Part shown: in pieces, positions 33,628 to 33,646 of the stretch
How positions within the stretch are numbered: the stretch's first letter is position 1
Layout of the letters: each line of letters starts with the position of its first letter
Virus record (IMG/VR): IMGVR_UViG_3300020044_007582
Location: 1-33,646 of that record
From: a virus
Taxonomy: Duplodnaviria; Caudoviricetes
DNA length: 33,646 bases
Strand: one strand, 5' to 3'
The notes under the pieces: generated by a model
The model's database searches: none
The model's input: only the letters and a program-made list of their open reading frames with translations
Told to the model about the DNA's origin: nothing
Position numbers and translations under genes: made by a program

Positions 33628-33646
33628 ATAATTAAACGGCGGAGGG

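Noticed and set aside
1-33646. Diversity-generating retroelement, intron/intein, integrase or stop-codon reassignment
   Set aside because: No reverse transcriptase, no adenine-variant template/variable repeat pair, no interrupted core genes and no recombinase; genes read intact in the standard code with all three stops used.

Overview
The window is most of a GC-rich tailed-phage (Caudoviricetes, probably siphovirus-type) genome, with no integrase, tRNA, rRNA or CRISPR visible. Positions ~200-19740 (+) hold a packaging/morphogenesis/lysis arm: TerS, an inserted PAPS-reductase-like gene, lambda gpA-type TerL, gpW-like protein, lambda-type portal, S49 protease, scaffold, capsid, neck, a minimal tail, a fibre, a lipoprotein and a holin. 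Positions ~19840-33630 (-) hold a convergent replication/recombination/modification arm: primase-helicase, two C5-methyltransferase-like genes, a phosphoesterase, dNMP kinase, SF2 helicase, SSB-like protein, RecE/RecT-like pair, RuvC-like resolvase and a lysozyme-like protein. Four signals stand out. (1) A structured ~80-nt non-coding element after terL carries a hairpin-loop seed (ACGGGUGGCUCUUG) complementary to the start-codon regions of five opposite-strand genes, including the primase-helicase and helicase, which suggests a late-expressed multi-target antisense sRNA. (2) A TT(G/T)ACA-N3-GGCTAAA motif occurs five times, each just before a structural gene. (3) A 162-aa out-of-frame ORF is nested in the methyltransferase, as in the EcoHK31I alpha/beta arrangement. 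(4) A candidate helical unimolecular spanin lies in a lysis cassette with no canonical endolysin. All functional calls come from motif recognition by eye; no database searches were run.
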